A DNA stretch of 64,000 bases from Deinococcus sp. (GCA_965261005.1 OZ253375.1:32001-96000); one strand, 5' to 3'. Counted from the first letter of the stretch, positions 32,282 through 43,946 are shown. Program-made: numbers and translations. Notes: generated from the letters alone by a model not told the origin.

Positions 32282-32834
32282 TTACGGAGTCCAGGGATTC
32301 AGCACCGGAACGCCGAGTTGCACGAAGTCTGTCTTATTGCGCGTCACGATGGTCAGGTCATGTGCGAGCGCCGTTGCGGCGATGAAGCTGTCCCGCGCTT
32401 GAGGCGTGTAGTTGGCTTGGCGAGCGGCGTCCATCATCTGTGCCCAGCGGCGCATCACCGTCAGATCGGCAGGTAATACGGATTCCGCTTACTTCCTCAA
32501 CATCGGGAAAAGCGCCCGATGTTGCTCCAGACCGCAGAATCCGTATCTTTTCCTACCCGCTCCGCTGGAAACTCCGTCAACTTCGTTGACAGACTTTCCG
32601 GAATCCGTATAAGATTCGTCCCGCGTACTGAAACAAGAGGTCCGAGTACCAGACACGCAGCTTGGCCTGACGGGTAGGCTCGGCTTTTAGAAGGCCACGT
32701 TCGATTTCGCCGAAACAGACGGCGCTGCTCGCGGTCTGTTCGAGCGGCGTTGCGTTCATCCAAGCCACGACGCCGGGATTCCTACGCGACTTGGTGCTTT
32801 CCGAGAGAACGTTGGTGTCGAGCAGGTAAATCAC
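32282..32834 (-). pseudogene. vapC: VapC PIN toxin disrupted by a MITE-like insertion
   Basis: YLLDTNVLSE N-terminus; removing 136 bp restores GRILPAD...DSFIAATALAHDLTIVTRN..DF..NPWTP* (138 aa). Confidence 0.92.
32477..32609. mobile_element. 133-bp MITE / Deinococcus small dispersed repeat
   Basis: 11-bp TIR TACGGATTCCG...CGGAATCCGTA flanked by TAA on both sides; two internal hairpins. Confidence 0.88.
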
Positions 32835-33076
32835 AAGTCAATGGCCCAGTCCGTCCCTTGGAGCAGCTCCGGCTCGAAATCGTCATCAATTGGGGCGCGC
32901 CGCAAAATCTCGCTGACCATCCGGCCCCGGCCACTCAGTTGCTCGAACTGGGCGGCCCCAACCACGTAGACCGCCGCCTTGTCCTGTTGCGTAATGACTT
33001 GCGGCTCGCGCTCGGCGTCACGGACCAGCTGAGAAAAGCTGGTCTCGGCGTCCTCAAGCTTCCAGTGTTTGGTCAT
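32831..33076 (-). CDS. Phd/YefM family antitoxin
   Basis: WKLEDAETSFSQLVRDA..PQVIT; GTGA overlap with vapC. Confidence 0.88.
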   Translation of the reverse strand: MTKHWKLEDAETSFSQLVRDAEREPQVITQQDKAAVYVVGAAQFEQLSGRGRMVSEILRRAPIDDDFEPELLQGTDWAIDL

Positions 33077-33099
33077 CTCGCCTCCAGCTTACCGTCACC

Positions 33100-33621
33100 T
33101 CACTCCGCCAGCGCCACGCCGACCAGCGGATACCTCGCCATCTCCACGATCTCGCCGCCGTTCTCTAACGTCAGCGCGATCTCGTCCACGGTCCACTCCA
33201 GCACGGGGGGCGTCAGCCGCTTGACGGCGTTCCAAGACTGATCCTCGGCCCAGGAGCAGATGCCCAGCGCGAGGGTGAGGTGCGGGATGTAGTTGTGGCC
33301 GTCCCACTCGCTGGGCGCGCCGGCCGTCTCCCTCAGGGTGAGGTCGTGGGCGGCCAGCAGCTGTGGGGTGGGTTTCAGGTCGAGAAAGATGGTGTGCGGA
33401 AAGCGCCGCCACGACAAGAAGCGCGCCTGAAACGGGGCGAGTTGCGCCGCGACGCGGCCGGCGGCCGTCAGCAGCACCCCCTCGTCGCCGTGATAGGGAA
33501 AGGCGGTGCGCAAGTTCAGGTGCGGCGCCCCGTAGGAGGCCAGGCCGTGTTCGCCCTGCACCCCCGCCACCCAGGCGGCCAACGTTTTGGGCGGCCAAGC
33601 GACCAAGCTGTAGAGGGGCAC
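33100..33621 (-). CDS. 2'-5' RNA ligase / 2H phosphoesterase family
   Basis: PHLNL and PHLTLA 2H motifs. Confidence 0.82.
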   Translation of the reverse strand: MPLYSLVAWPPKTLAAWVAGVQGEHGLASYGAPHLNLRTAFPYHGDEGVLLTAAGRVAAQLAPFQARFLSWRRFPHTIFLDLKPTPQLLAAHDLTLRETAGAPSEWDGHNYIPHLTLALGICSWAEDQSWNAVKRLTPPVLEWTVDEIALTLENGGEIVEMARYPLVGVALAE

Positions 33622-33623
33622 GG

Positions 33624-34274
33624 CTAGCCCACCTGGTAGCGGCAGCTGGCGGCGCCGCAGGCGATGCGCGACTCGCGGTGAACCGGGGCGCCCAACAGCT
33701 CGCGGTACAGCTCAACCTCGGCGCCGCACAGCTCGCCGAATTGGCGCGCGACCTCCAGGTTGGGGCAGTTGCCTTGCTCCAGGTACAGCTGCCCGTCTTC
33801 TTGGTAGCTGCGCGCGTCGTAGCCCGCCGCGCTCAGCAAGGTGGCCAGCTGACCTACCCGCTCGGGCAGCGCGCCGCGCAATTGGGGTTTCCAGGCGGCG
33901 GCCAACTTGGCGCGGCGCCCGTCCATCACGCGCAGCACCGCGCCCTCGCCGAAGAGGGCGTCGAGATGGCCCAGCACGTCGGCGCACAGAGTCGCGTAGC
34001 TTTTGGGAAAGTGGGCCTCGCCGCGCTCGGTCAGGCGGTAGACCCGCTGGGGTCGGCCGCGCCCGCCGGGCTTGCAGGTTTCGGCCACGATCAGGCCGCC
34101 CTCCTCCAAGTTGCTGAGGTGCTTGCGAATGGCCGGCACGCTCACGCCGAGTTGCTCGGCCGCTTGCTGCGCGCTGGCGCCGGGCTGGCTTTTCAGCAGC
34201 GAGAGGGCGCGCGCCCTGGTGTTGTCGGCGAGGTCGGCCGTGACCGGCGCGAGGGTGGGGGGGGGCGGGGTCAT
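33624..34274 (-). CDS. SufR-like HTH regulator
   Basis: HTH, GRGRPQRVYRLT, FPKSY, Cys motifs NCP..LC..C at the C-terminus. Confidence 0.85.
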   Translation of the reverse strand: MTPPPPTLAPVTADLADNTRARALSLLKSQPGASAQQAAEQLGVSVPAIRKHLSNLEEGGLIVAETCKPGGRGRPQRVYRLTERGEAHFPKSYATLCADVLGHLDALFGEGAVLRVMDGRRAKLAAAWKPQLRGALPERVGQLATLLSAAGYDARSYQEDGQLYLEQGNCPNLEVARQFGELCGAEVELYRELLGAPVHRESRIACGAASCRYQVG

Positions 34275-34278
34275 GGCG

Positions 34279-35319
34279 TCACACCATGGGCAGTTCGGCG
34301 AGGGTCTGCACGCTCAGACGTCCGGCGAGGTTCTCGGCGATTTGGGTGAGGGCGCGCGCCGCCGCGCTGTCCGGATGAATGACCACGCTGGGGGCGCCCG
34401 CGTCGCCGCCTTCGCGCACGGCCACCTCGAAGGGAACCTCGCCCAGCAGCGGCAAATTGCCCAGCTTGGCGGCCCCGCCGCGCCCGAACAGGTCGTAGAT
34501 GTGTCCGGTGTCGGGGGCCACGAAGTAGCTCATGTTCTCGATCACGCCCAGCAGCGGCACGCTGGCCTTGCGGAACATGTCGGCGGCGCGCGCCGCGTCG
34601 ATCAGGGCCACGTCCTGCGGCGTCGTGACGATTACCGCGCCCGATAAGGTGACCGTTTGTGCCAGGGAAAGCTGCACGTCCCCCGTGCCGGGGGGCAAGT
34701 CCACCATCAGGTAATCGAGGTCGCCCCACGCGGCGTCCCTCAGAAACTGGCTGACGGCCGAGTGCAGCATGGGGCCGCGCCACACCAAGGCTTGGCCGGC
34801 CGGCATCAAATTCGCCATCGAGAGAAAGCGCAGCCCGTAGCGCTCGATGGGGTTCATTTGGCGCGCCTCGTTGGCCGTGACGCGCTCGGTTCCCGCGCCC
34901 AGCATGTGCGCGACCGAGGGGCCGTACACGTCGGCGTCGAGCAGCCCAACCCGCGCGCCGCTCCTCGCGAGGGCCGCCGCCAAGTTGACCGCCACCGACG
35001 ACTTGCCCACGCCGCCCTTGCCCGACCCTACCGCGACCACGTGCTTGACCCCCGGCAGCGGCGGCGAGGCGGGCGCGCGCACGGTCGCGCCGAACTCCAC
35101 GCGCACCTCCGCGACGCCCGGCACCCTCAGGATCGCCGCGCGCACGTCGTTCTCGATGGTCGCCTTGAGGGGGCAGGCGGGCGTGGTCAACTTGATCTTG
35201 ACGTCGGCCAGCGCGCCCGTCAGTTCGGCGCGCTCCACCATGCCCAGCGACACCAGATCGCGGTGAAGCTCGGGATCGTTCACCGTCCTGAGGGCGGCGA
35301 GCAGGTCGGAATTGGGCAT
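34279..35319 (-). CDS. mrp: Mrp/ApbC Fe-S cluster carrier ATPase
   Basis: DPEL..TTPACPL, SGKGGVGKS, DADVYGPS, WRGPM, DLPPGTGD, ENMS. Confidence 0.94.
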   Translation of the reverse strand: MPNSDLLAALRTVNDPELHRDLVSLGMVERAELTGALADVKIKLTTPACPLKATIENDVRAAILRVPGVAEVRVEFGATVRAPASPPLPGVKHVVAVGSGKGGVGKSSVAVNLAAALARSGARVGLLDADVYGPSVAHMLGAGTERVTANEARQMNPIERYGLRFLSMANLMPAGQALVWRGPMLHSAVSQFLRDAAWGDLDYLMVDLPPGTGDVQLSLAQTVTLSGAVIVTTPQDVALIDAARAADMFRKASVPLLGVIENMSYFVAPDTGHIYDLFGRGGAAKLGNLPLLGEVPFEVAVREGGDAGAPSVVIHPDSAAARALTQIAENLAGRLSVQTLAELPMV

Positions 35320-35431
35320 ATGAGTGGACCGTAGCGCACCGGGCGCGTGCGGGCAAGGAGGGCAGTCACAAAAGCCAGAGGGACCAAGCCGCAAGGTAGG
35401 GACAAAAGGCGGGCGCGCCTATACTGGGCGC

Positions 35432-36736
35432 GTGAAGACGTACGGGCCGTACTTGGCCGCCCGAATGCTGCGCGGCGGGGAGATCGAGACGCTGCGAGGC
35501 GTGGACGCGCTCACCGGGCTGCCGGCCCTGCTGTACCTGCTGCCCGAGCAGTGGATCGTCCCGCCGCTGGACCATCCGAACCTGCTGCCTTACAGCGATG
35601 GCGGCGATGGCGGCGGCGGTGGTGGTGGCGGGGACCGGCCGTACCTGGCCTGCGCCTTGCCGCCGGCCAGCGCGCCGGCGAGCGACCCACGGACGGCGGC
35701 CCTCGGCGCGCTTTCGGCGCTCGCTTGGCTGCATCGGCGCGGCCAGCTGCACGGTGGCCTGACGCCCGAGCAACTGTGGCAGGTGGGCGGTGAGGTGCGC
35801 GTGGCCGGGGCGGGCTTGCCGTGGGGCGAACTCGGCGGCGGCTACGACGCCCCGGAAGGTGGCAAGACCCCGGCGGCCGACTTGTACGCGCTGGGCAAGT
35901 CGCTTCAGACGCTCGGTCCGCTGCCCGCCGCCCTGGAGTGCCTGCTGGGCGCCGATCCGGCGGCGCGCGGCGGCGCCGAGGACGCGCTGGCCCGCCTGAG
36001 GGCGCCGGCAGGGCCGGTGAGGGGCGTTCACCCGACTGAGGGTGTTCTTGTGGTGCCGGGTGAGGCCGAACAGACCGAACAGCCTGCACAGACCGGGAGC
36101 GCCCCCGGCGTGGTCGTCCCCAGCGTGGTCGTCATTGAGGCCGCGCCCGCCCCAGGGCCGCTGCTCGACGACGTGTTCGGGCCGGCGCCGGACGCGCCAA
36201 GTTTGGGTCAAGCCTCCGCCGATTCAACCCCCGCTGCCCCCACACCGCCGCTTCCCGCCGGCCCCACCTCACCGCGCGCCGGGGCCGTTCGCATCGGCTG
36301 GGAGGAGGACCATTCTTGGCGGGTGGTCAAAAGCGCGCCGGCCCCGGCGCGCCCCGCCCTGCCCATGTCCCGGTTGTCCCGGCCGGCGTGGCTCTGGCTC
36401 GCCTTGGGAACGTTGCTGGCGCTGGTCGTGATCGGTTGGATGGTGTACGCCAGCAGGCCGCGCCCGCCACAGCGTGTGGCGGGCGCGGCCTGCTGCGCCG
36501 TCAACTTCGAGTTGCGCGGGACCGCCGACGTGGGCGCCCAGCTACATGTCGTAGGGGCGCCGGTGGGCAGCGGCCTGAAGGGCGGGGAACGGCTCGGGCG
36601 CATTCCCGGCAGGGTGACCTTTCCCAACGCGCCAGGGCGCTACACCCTGCGGGCGACGGCCGCAGGGTACGAGCCGCAGAACCTGACCATTCAGGTGCCC
36701 AGCGCGCGGCCGGTCGTGATCGAGCTGGGGCGCTGA
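35432..36736 (+). CDS. Kinase-like (probable pseudokinase) + TM + PEGA-like domain protein
   Basis: LAWLHRRGQLHGGLTPEQL, DAPE, ADLYALG; Pro-rich linker, TM, GRIP..PGRYTL..GY; TATACT-6nt-GTG. Confidence 0.75.
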   Translation: MKTYGPYLAARMLRGGEIETLRGVDALTGLPALLYLLPEQWIVPPLDHPNLLPYSDGGDGGGGGGGGDRPYLACALPPASAPASDPRTAALGALSALAWLHRRGQLHGGLTPEQLWQVGGEVRVAGAGLPWGELGGGYDAPEGGKTPAADLYALGKSLQTLGPLPAALECLLGADPAARGGAEDALARLRAPAGPVRGVHPTEGVLVVPGEAEQTEQPAQTGSAPGVVVPSVVVIEAAPAPGPLLDDVFGPAPDAPSLGQASADSTPAAPTPPLPAGPTSPRAGAVRIGWEEDHSWRVVKSAPAPARPALPMSRLSRPAWLWLALGTLLALVVIGWMVYASRPRPPQRVAGAACCAVNFELRGTADVGAQLHVVGAPVGSGLKGGERLGRIPGRVTFPNAPGRYTLRATAAGYEPQNLTIQVPSARPVVIELGR

Positions 36737-36778
36737 GCTGAATGAACTGAATTGCTGGGCGCGTGTCAGAATGCCCGC

Positions 36779-38314
<1,536 letters not shown>

Positions 38315-38335
38315 GCCGGGTGGGAGTGAGGCCCC

Positions 38336-39196
38336 TCAGCGCCGCCGCGTCGCGAGGCGCGCGATCAGGGTCGCCACGAAGACCAGCGCGATCAGCACCA
38401 AGGCGCCCGCCGTGGCGAGGCGGCGTTGCTCGTCGTAGGCGCTGGTGGCGCCGATGTAGATTTCGAGCGGCAAAGCTGACATGGGTTTGCCCGGATTGAA
38501 GTTGAGAAAGCTGTTGCCCAGGGAGGTGAACAGCAGCGGCGCGGCCTCGCCGGCCACGCGCGCCACCGCCAGCATCACGCCGGTGACGATGCCGCCCAGG
38601 GCGGCGGGCAGCACGATGGACCAGGTGACGCGCCACTGCGGCAGGCCGACCGCCAAGCCCGCCTCGCGCACGCTCAGCGGCACCAGCTTGAGCACCTCCT
38701 CGGAGGTGCGGACCACGATGGGGATCATCAGCAGGCCCAGGCCGAAGCCGCCCGCCCAAGCGCTGTAGTGCCCGGCCGTGGCGACGAGGAGGCCGTAGGC
38801 GACCAGGCCCAGCACGATGGCCGGAATGCCCGACAAGACATCCGACACCAGGCGCACGGTGGGCACCAGCGGGTGGCGCGGAAACTCGGCCAAGAAGATG
38901 CCGCCGGCGATGCCGACCGTCACGCCGATCAGCGAGGCGATGCCCACCATGATCAGGGTGCCGACGATGGCGTTCAGCAGCCCGCCGCCCGCCTCGCCCG
39001 CCGGCGCCGGAACGTGGGTGAAGAAGTTGAGGTTGAGGGCCGAAAAGCCGCGCGACAGCAGGTACCACAAGATCAGAAACAGCGGGATCAACACGACGGC
39101 GGTGGCCAGCGCGATCACGACCGCCATCACGGAATTGGTGAGCTTACGCGCGTTTCTGTTGCGCTGCTGACGCCCCTTGCCGCTGATAACGGCCAT
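38336..39196 (-). CDS. pstA: Phosphate ABC permease PstA
   Basis: GGLLNAIVGT, GIPAIVLG, REAGLAVG, ARVAGEAAPLLFT. Confidence 0.94.
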   Translation of the reverse strand: MAVISGKGRQQRNRNARKLTNSVMAVVIALATAVVLIPLFLILWYLLSRGFSALNLNFFTHVPAPAGEAGGGLLNAIVGTLIMVGIASLIGVTVGIAGGIFLAEFPRHPLVPTVRLVSDVLSGIPAIVLGLVAYGLLVATAGHYSAWAGGFGLGLLMIPIVVRTSEEVLKLVPLSVREAGLAVGLPQWRVTWSIVLPAALGGIVTGVMLAVARVAGEAAPLLFTSLGNSFLNFNPGKPMSALPLEIYIGATSAYDEQRRLATAGALVLIALVFVATLIARLATRRR

Positions 39197-40158
39197 CAGC
39201 TGGTCCCCTTCACGGTCAGGCGCGCGATGACGGCGCGGGCCAGGTAGTTCACCAGAATCGAGATGAAAAACAGGATCAAACCGATCTCGATCAAGCTGGA
39301 GCGCTGTAAGGTGCCCACCGCCTCGTTGAATTCCGAGGCGATAATGGAGGACATGGTCGCCGTCTGGTTGAACAGCCCCGACACCAGCTTGGGCGCGTTG
39401 CCGATCACCATGGTGACCGCCAGCGTCTCGCCCAGCGCCCGCCCGAGCGACAAAATCACCCCGCCGAAGATGCCCGCGCGCGCAAAGGGCAGAATGGCGC
39501 CGCGAATGACCTCCCACTTGGTCGCGCCCAGGGCGTACATCGCCTCGCGCTGGTCCTGCGGCACGAGGCGGATCACGTCGCGCGCCACCGAGGCGGTGTA
39601 GGGAATCACCATAATGGTCAGAATCAGGATGGCGAGCAGCAGCCCGTAGCCGGCCGCGTTGTCGGGGGCGAGCCACTTCAGGGCGGGGTTCTTCAACAAG
39701 GCCGGGTGGTAAAAGAACCACACCTGCACCTGGCTGACAATGGGCTTGAGCACGAACAGCGCCCACAACCCGAAGATGACGCTGGGAATGGAGGCCAGCA
39801 GTTCCACCAGGGAGCCGACCGGCCCCGCCAGCCACCTGGGCGCGTACTCGGTCACGAAGATGGCCGACGCCACCGCCAGCGGCACCGAGATGAGCAGGGC
39901 GCCAAAGCTGGTGACCAACGTGCCCACGATAAACGGCAGGGCGCCGTAGCTGTTCTTGACCGGGTCCCAAGCGCTGCTGAACAGGAAGCCCACGCCGTAC
40001 GCCGCTATGGAGGCGCGGCTGCCCATCACCAGCTGAAACAGGCACAGGGCGAAGATCACCACGATCAGCAGGGCCAGCGCCAAGATGACGCCACGAAACA
40101 CACCGTCGCCGCGCGAGGAAACTTGGCGCTTGGCCGGCCCCTTCAACGTTTTGGTCAT
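39196..40158 (-). CDS. pstC: Phosphate ABC permease PstC
   Basis: WDP..YGALP, ELLASIPSVIFGLW, EAMYALGATKWE, LGRALGET. Confidence 0.95.
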   Translation of the reverse strand: MTKTLKGPAKRQVSSRGDGVFRGVILALALLIVVIFALCLFQLVMGSRASIAAYGVGFLFSSAWDPVKNSYGALPFIVGTLVTSFGALLISVPLAVASAIFVTEYAPRWLAGPVGSLVELLASIPSVIFGLWALFVLKPIVSQVQVWFFYHPALLKNPALKWLAPDNAAGYGLLLAILILTIMVIPYTASVARDVIRLVPQDQREAMYALGATKWEVIRGAILPFARAGIFGGVILSLGRALGETLAVTMVIGNAPKLVSGLFNQTATMSSIIASEFNEAVGTLQRSSLIEIGLILFFISILVNYLARAVIARLTVKGTS

Positions 40159-40227
40159 ACGAGGTCCACAATTCACTTGACACAGCGAATGTCATGGGAC
40201 GGTCAGCGATAGGAACATGGGGGCCAT

Positions 40228-40250
40228 AAAAAAGGGGCCGCTGTGGCCCC
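40228..40250 (-). terminator. Intrinsic terminator/stabiliser between pstS and pstC
   Basis: Minus strand GGGGCC-ACAGC-GGCCCC-TTTTTT. Confidence 0.7.
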
Positions 40251-40266
40251 CGCGTGTTCGCCCGCC

Positions 40267-41292
40267 CTACTTGAGCGCTTGGCCGCCGTAGGTGAGCTGG
40301 TTGATGATGTTGCGCGCGCGCACCTGGGAGGCGTCGGGCAGGGCCGCGTAGTTGAGGGGTTCGTTGTACTGCTGGCCCTTGGTGACCACCCAGGTCAGCA
40401 TGTTCTTGAGCGCCTGCGCCTGCGCCTGGCTGCGGTTGCCGTACTTTTGGTCTTGGTAGAACAGCGCGTAGGTGTAGGTGCTGATGGGGTAGGCGCCTTG
40501 GCCCGAGGCGTTGGTGATGCTGACCACGCCGCTGGGCGGCAAGATGACGCCGTTCGCCGCCGCCTGCACGCTGGCGATGCTGGGCCTCACGAAGTTGCCC
40601 GCGCGGTTTTGCACGTCGCCGAAGTCGATCTTGTTGACCAAAGCGTAGGTCAGCTCGATGTAGCCGATGGCCCCGGGCGTGCTCTTGACCGCGCCGGCTA
40701 CGCCGTCGTTGCCCTTGGCGCCTACGCCCAGGGGCCAGCTGACGGCGGTGGCGCTGCCGACCTTGCTTTTCCAAGCGGGGCTGACCTTGTTCAGGTACTC
40801 GGTGAAGACGCCGGTGGTGCCCGAGCCGTCCGAGCGGTGGACCACCGTGATGGGGAGCGGGGGCAGCGTGACGCCCGGATTGAGCTTGGTCAGGGCCGCG
40901 TCGTTCCAAGTCTTGATGTTGCCGAGGAAGATGTCGGCGATGGTCTTGCCGCTGAACTTGACGGCGCCGCTCACACCGGGAACGTTGTAGCTGACCACCA
41001 CCGCGCCGATGGCGTCGGGCACGGCCAGCACCTTGCCGGGGTACTTGGACACGTCCTCCTGCGGAATGGCCACGTCCGAGCCGGCGAAGTCGATGGTCCG
41101 CGACAACAGCTGCTTTTGGCCGCCGCCCGAGCCGATGGATTGGTAGTTCACCTGATCGCCGCTGGCCGTTTTGTACTCGGAGAACATCTTGGTGAAGAGG
41201 GGGTACACGAATGAGGAGCCGGCGCCGGTCAAGTCCATGGCGGAGGCGGCGCTCACGGCCGCCAACAGCGTCAAAGTCAGCATCTTCTTCAT
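40267..41292 (-). CDS. pstS: Phosphate-binding protein PstS
   Basis: Signal peptide; [35 protein letters not shown]. Confidence 0.96.
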   Translation of the reverse strand: MKKMLTLTLLAAVSAASAMDLTGAGSSFVYPLFTKMFSEYKTASGDQVNYQSIGSGGGQKQLLSRTIDFAGSDVAIPQEDVSKYPGKVLAVPDAIGAVVVSYNVPGVSGAVKFSGKTIADIFLGNIKTWNDAALTKLNPGVTLPPLPITVVHRSDGSGTTGVFTEYLNKVSPAWKSKVGSATAVSWPLGVGAKGNDGVAGAVKSTPGAIGYIELTYALVNKIDFGDVQNRAGNFVRPSIASVQAAANGVILPPSGVVSITNASGQGAYPISTYTYALFYQDQKYGNRSQAQAQALKNMLTWVVTKGQQYNEPLNYAALPDASQVRARNIINQLTYGGQALK

Positions 41293-41375
41293 ATGCGGGC
41301 ATCTTCGCGGCGCCCCGTCAGGCAAACGTCACCGGCTTGTCAGCGTTGTGTCAGGTGCCGCGCTAGCCTGAGCGG

Positions 41376-42344
41376 ATGCTCACCCCCGTGCTCGACACCC
41401 TGCACGCCCTGCAAGTCCCGATTCCCTACCCGATGGGCAGCGTGACCGTGCTGATCGACACCAGCTCGCCCGTCACCCTGATCGACTCGGCCCTCGACAC
41501 CCCCGAGGCCCGCGCCGCCATTCAGGCCGGCCTGGGCGAGCTGGGCCTGACGTGGGAAAGCGTGGAGCGCCTGATCGTGACGCACCACCATCCCGACCAT
41601 TACGGCCTGGCAGGCTTTATTCAGGAGCGCTCGGGCGCCGAGGTGCTGATGCTGGACCTCGACATCGCGCGCGGCGAGCGTTACTGGCACCTGTGGGAAC
41701 AGTGGCTGCCCGGCCACCACAAACACCTGCTCGACCACGGGTTGCCGGGGGAACAGTTGGCCGAGCTGGAGGCCGAGTCGCGCCGCTCGCGCGCCCGGGT
41801 GCGCCCCGCCGCGCGCGTGACGCCGCTGCACGCGGGGGAGCGTGTGCGGCTCGCGAACAGGGATTGGGAGGTGCTGTGGCTGCCCGGCCACGCCGACGGC
41901 CATTTGGGCTTGTGGCAGCCGGGGGAAAGGCTCCTGATCGCCGGGGACGCCATTTTGCCGCGCATCTCGCCCAACGTCGGCCTCTACGCCTACAGCCGCC
42001 CCGATCCGCTGGGGGACTACCTGGATACCCTGCGAAAGCTGCAAGAACTTGCCCCGGCCCGGTCGGTGGTCGGCCATCACGGCCCCTTTCTGGAGGACAC
42101 CGCCGGGCGGGCGGAGGAGCTGCTGGCGCACCACGCCGGGCGGCTCGACCTGGTGCGCGGCGTGCTGGCGAGGGAGGCCAAGACCGGCTATCAGCTCTCC
42201 TTTGACATGTTTGCGCGCGACTTGCCGCCCAGCGCGCGCCGCTTCGCCCTCGCCGAGACGCTGGCGCACGCCGAGTATCTGAGGCTGCGCGGCGAGCTGC
42301 TGCGCGAATGGCGCGGCGGGCAGTGGGTGTACGGGGCGCCGTGA
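41376..42344 (+). CDS. MBL-fold metallo-hydrolase
   Basis: THHHPDHYG, PGHADGH, AGD. Confidence 0.92.
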   Translation: MLTPVLDTLHALQVPIPYPMGSVTVLIDTSSPVTLIDSALDTPEARAAIQAGLGELGLTWESVERLIVTHHHPDHYGLAGFIQERSGAEVLMLDLDIARGERYWHLWEQWLPGHHKHLLDHGLPGEQLAELEAESRRSRARVRPAARVTPLHAGERVRLANRDWEVLWLPGHADGHLGLWQPGERLLIAGDAILPRISPNVGLYAYSRPDPLGDYLDTLRKLQELAPARSVVGHHGPFLEDTAGRAEELLAHHAGRLDLVRGVLAREAKTGYQLSFDMFARDLPPSARRFALAETLAHAEYLRLRGELLREWRGGQWVYGAP

Positions 42345-42373
42345 GCTGAGATCCCCGCGCTATACTCCTTCCC

Positions 42374-42811
42374 ATGACCGAACTTGAGCGCCTGCTTCAG
42401 CAGCTTTCGCGGCGCGGCCACGAGGTCGAGCAGGTGGAGGACGGCGCCCTGCTGGACACCGAGCGCTCGCAACTCGCGCTGTTCGCCGAGCGCGACGAGG
42501 AGGAAGGGGGCGTGATCGTGCGCGCGCACCTCGACCTCGACTTGTACGTGGAGCAGGACGCCGTGGGCGAGGTGAGCCTCGGCGTCAACCTTCTCAACGG
42601 CAGCCTTGACTTCGGCAGCCTGACCCTCGACCCCGTGGAGGAGGAGGGCGAGGCGCCGATGTTCGCGGTGCTCGGGCGCACGGCGCTGCTGCTGCGCGAC
42701 CTCGGCGAGGGGGAGATCGCGCGCCTGGAGCGCCATCTGGAGCGCTTCGAGCGCGAGGTGAGCGGCGCGGTGGAGCGCAGCTTGGCAGGACCGACGAACC
42801 TCAAGGCTTGA
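42374..42811 (+). CDS. Acidic hypothetical protein (possibly YbjN/chaperone-like fold)
   Basis: TATACT-7nt-ATG; very Asp/Glu-rich; the fold guess is weak. Confidence 0.7.
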   Translation: MTELERLLQQLSRRGHEVEQVEDGALLDTERSQLALFAERDEEEGGVIVRAHLDLDLYVEQDAVGEVSLGVNLLNGSLDFGSLTLDPVEEEGEAPMFAVLGRTALLLRDLGEGEIARLERHLERFEREVSGAVERSLAGPTNLKA

Positions 42812-42821
42812 CACCGCCGAT

Positions 42822-43475
42822 ATGACCGCCACCGCGCACCTTCAGGCGCTGGGCCTGACCGAGTACGAGGCGCGCGGCTACACCGCCCTGCTCTCGCTGG
42901 GCCGCGCCGCCCCCGCCCGCATCGCGCGCCAAGCCGGCATTCCGCGCCCCAAGGTCTACGAAACCCTGCAACGTCTGGAGGCGCGCGGTTTGGCCGCCCG
43001 CGTGAACGAGACGCCGCTGGAATACTCCCCCCTCTCGGCGCGCGAGTACCTGACCCGCGCCCGCCGCGCCTTTGACGGCCGCTTGGAGGCGCTGGAGCGC
43101 GACCTCTCGCGCTTGGCCCCTGACGCCGCCCCCGAGGCGGTCTACGCGCTGCGCGGCGACGCGGCCGTGAGCGCGCTGTGCGAGACGCTGGCCCTGGGCG
43201 CGAGGGGGGAGCTGTTTCTGGGCGGGGACGGCGACTTGGCAGCCCACCTGGAGCAGCTCACGCCGCGCGGCGTGCGGGTCGTGAGAAGCACTTTGTCGGA
43301 CGCCCCCCCCATCGCCGCCCCCGGCCAACTCCCGCTGCTGCTCGCCCGTGACAGCGAGGCCGCCGTGGTGGCCCACTTCAGCGGGGGGCGCGAGGCCCAC
43401 GCCGTTCACAGCCACAACCCGCTGATCGTGCGCCTGGTGGAGGGGTTCGTGTCGCTGGCGCGCGGGGGGGGCTGA
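42822..43475 (+). CDS. TrmB family transcriptional regulator
   Basis: LGLTEYEARGYTALL..IPRPKVYETL..L..RG. Confidence 0.9.
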   Translation: MTATAHLQALGLTEYEARGYTALLSLGRAAPARIARQAGIPRPKVYETLQRLEARGLAARVNETPLEYSPLSAREYLTRARRAFDGRLEALERDLSRLAPDAAPEAVYALRGDAAVSALCETLALGARGELFLGGDGDLAAHLEQLTPRGVRVVRSTLSDAPPIAAPGQLPLLLARDSEAAVVAHFSGGREAHAVHSHNPLIVRLVEGFVSLARGGG

Positions 43476-43484
43476 GGGTAACCT

Positions 43485-43946
43485 CTACAACACCAATTCG
43501 ACTTTGAGCTGGGCGCCCACGGCGTCCGCCACGCGCTGAAGGGTGGTGACGCTGTGGCCGAAGTAGAACGGATCGGTTAGGCGCGTCGCCTGGGCGCGGT
43601 GGACGCCCAGCCGGCGCGCGAGTTCGGCACGGTTCATCCCCATCTTCTGGAGCAGGCGCTCGATCTCTAGGCTGATAGGATTTACCGGCGCCGGTTCGAG
43701 CCACACCAACTCGTCGTCGGGGTGTTCTCTTACGACGTCGGCCTCTTTGCTTAACGGGGGCGGCACGGGCAGACCATACTCCTCGAAGTGCAACTGTGAA
43801 AGGGCCATGCCCTCTCGCAAGCTCTCGATCACGGCTTCCCGACTTGGTTTGCTGACCACATTCGCGCTGAGATCAAGGCAATAGCCTCCGTAAGAAACGT
43901 GGCCGTCAGCGTGGGTCTCGCGCTCGATCACGCAAAGATAGTTCAT
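43485..43946 (-). CDS. hicB: HicB-like antitoxin with C-terminal HTH
   Basis: MNYLCVIE..YGGYCLDL..LREGMAL..GLPVPPP, then HTH MNRAELARRLG; alternative in-frame ATG at 44006. Confidence 0.8.
   Translation of the reverse strand: MNYLCVIERETHADGHVSYGGYCLDLSANVVSKPSREAVIESLREGMALSQLHFEEYGLPVPPPLSKEADVVREHPDDELVWLEPAPVNPISLEIERLLQKMGMNRAELARRLGVHRAQATRLTDPFYFGHSVTTLQRVADAVGAQLKVELVL

Noticed and set aside
38336..41302. 988-aa ORF suggesting a giant PstA fusion
   Set aside because: The upstream part is an alternative frame over pstS/pstC; the real pstA starts at 39196
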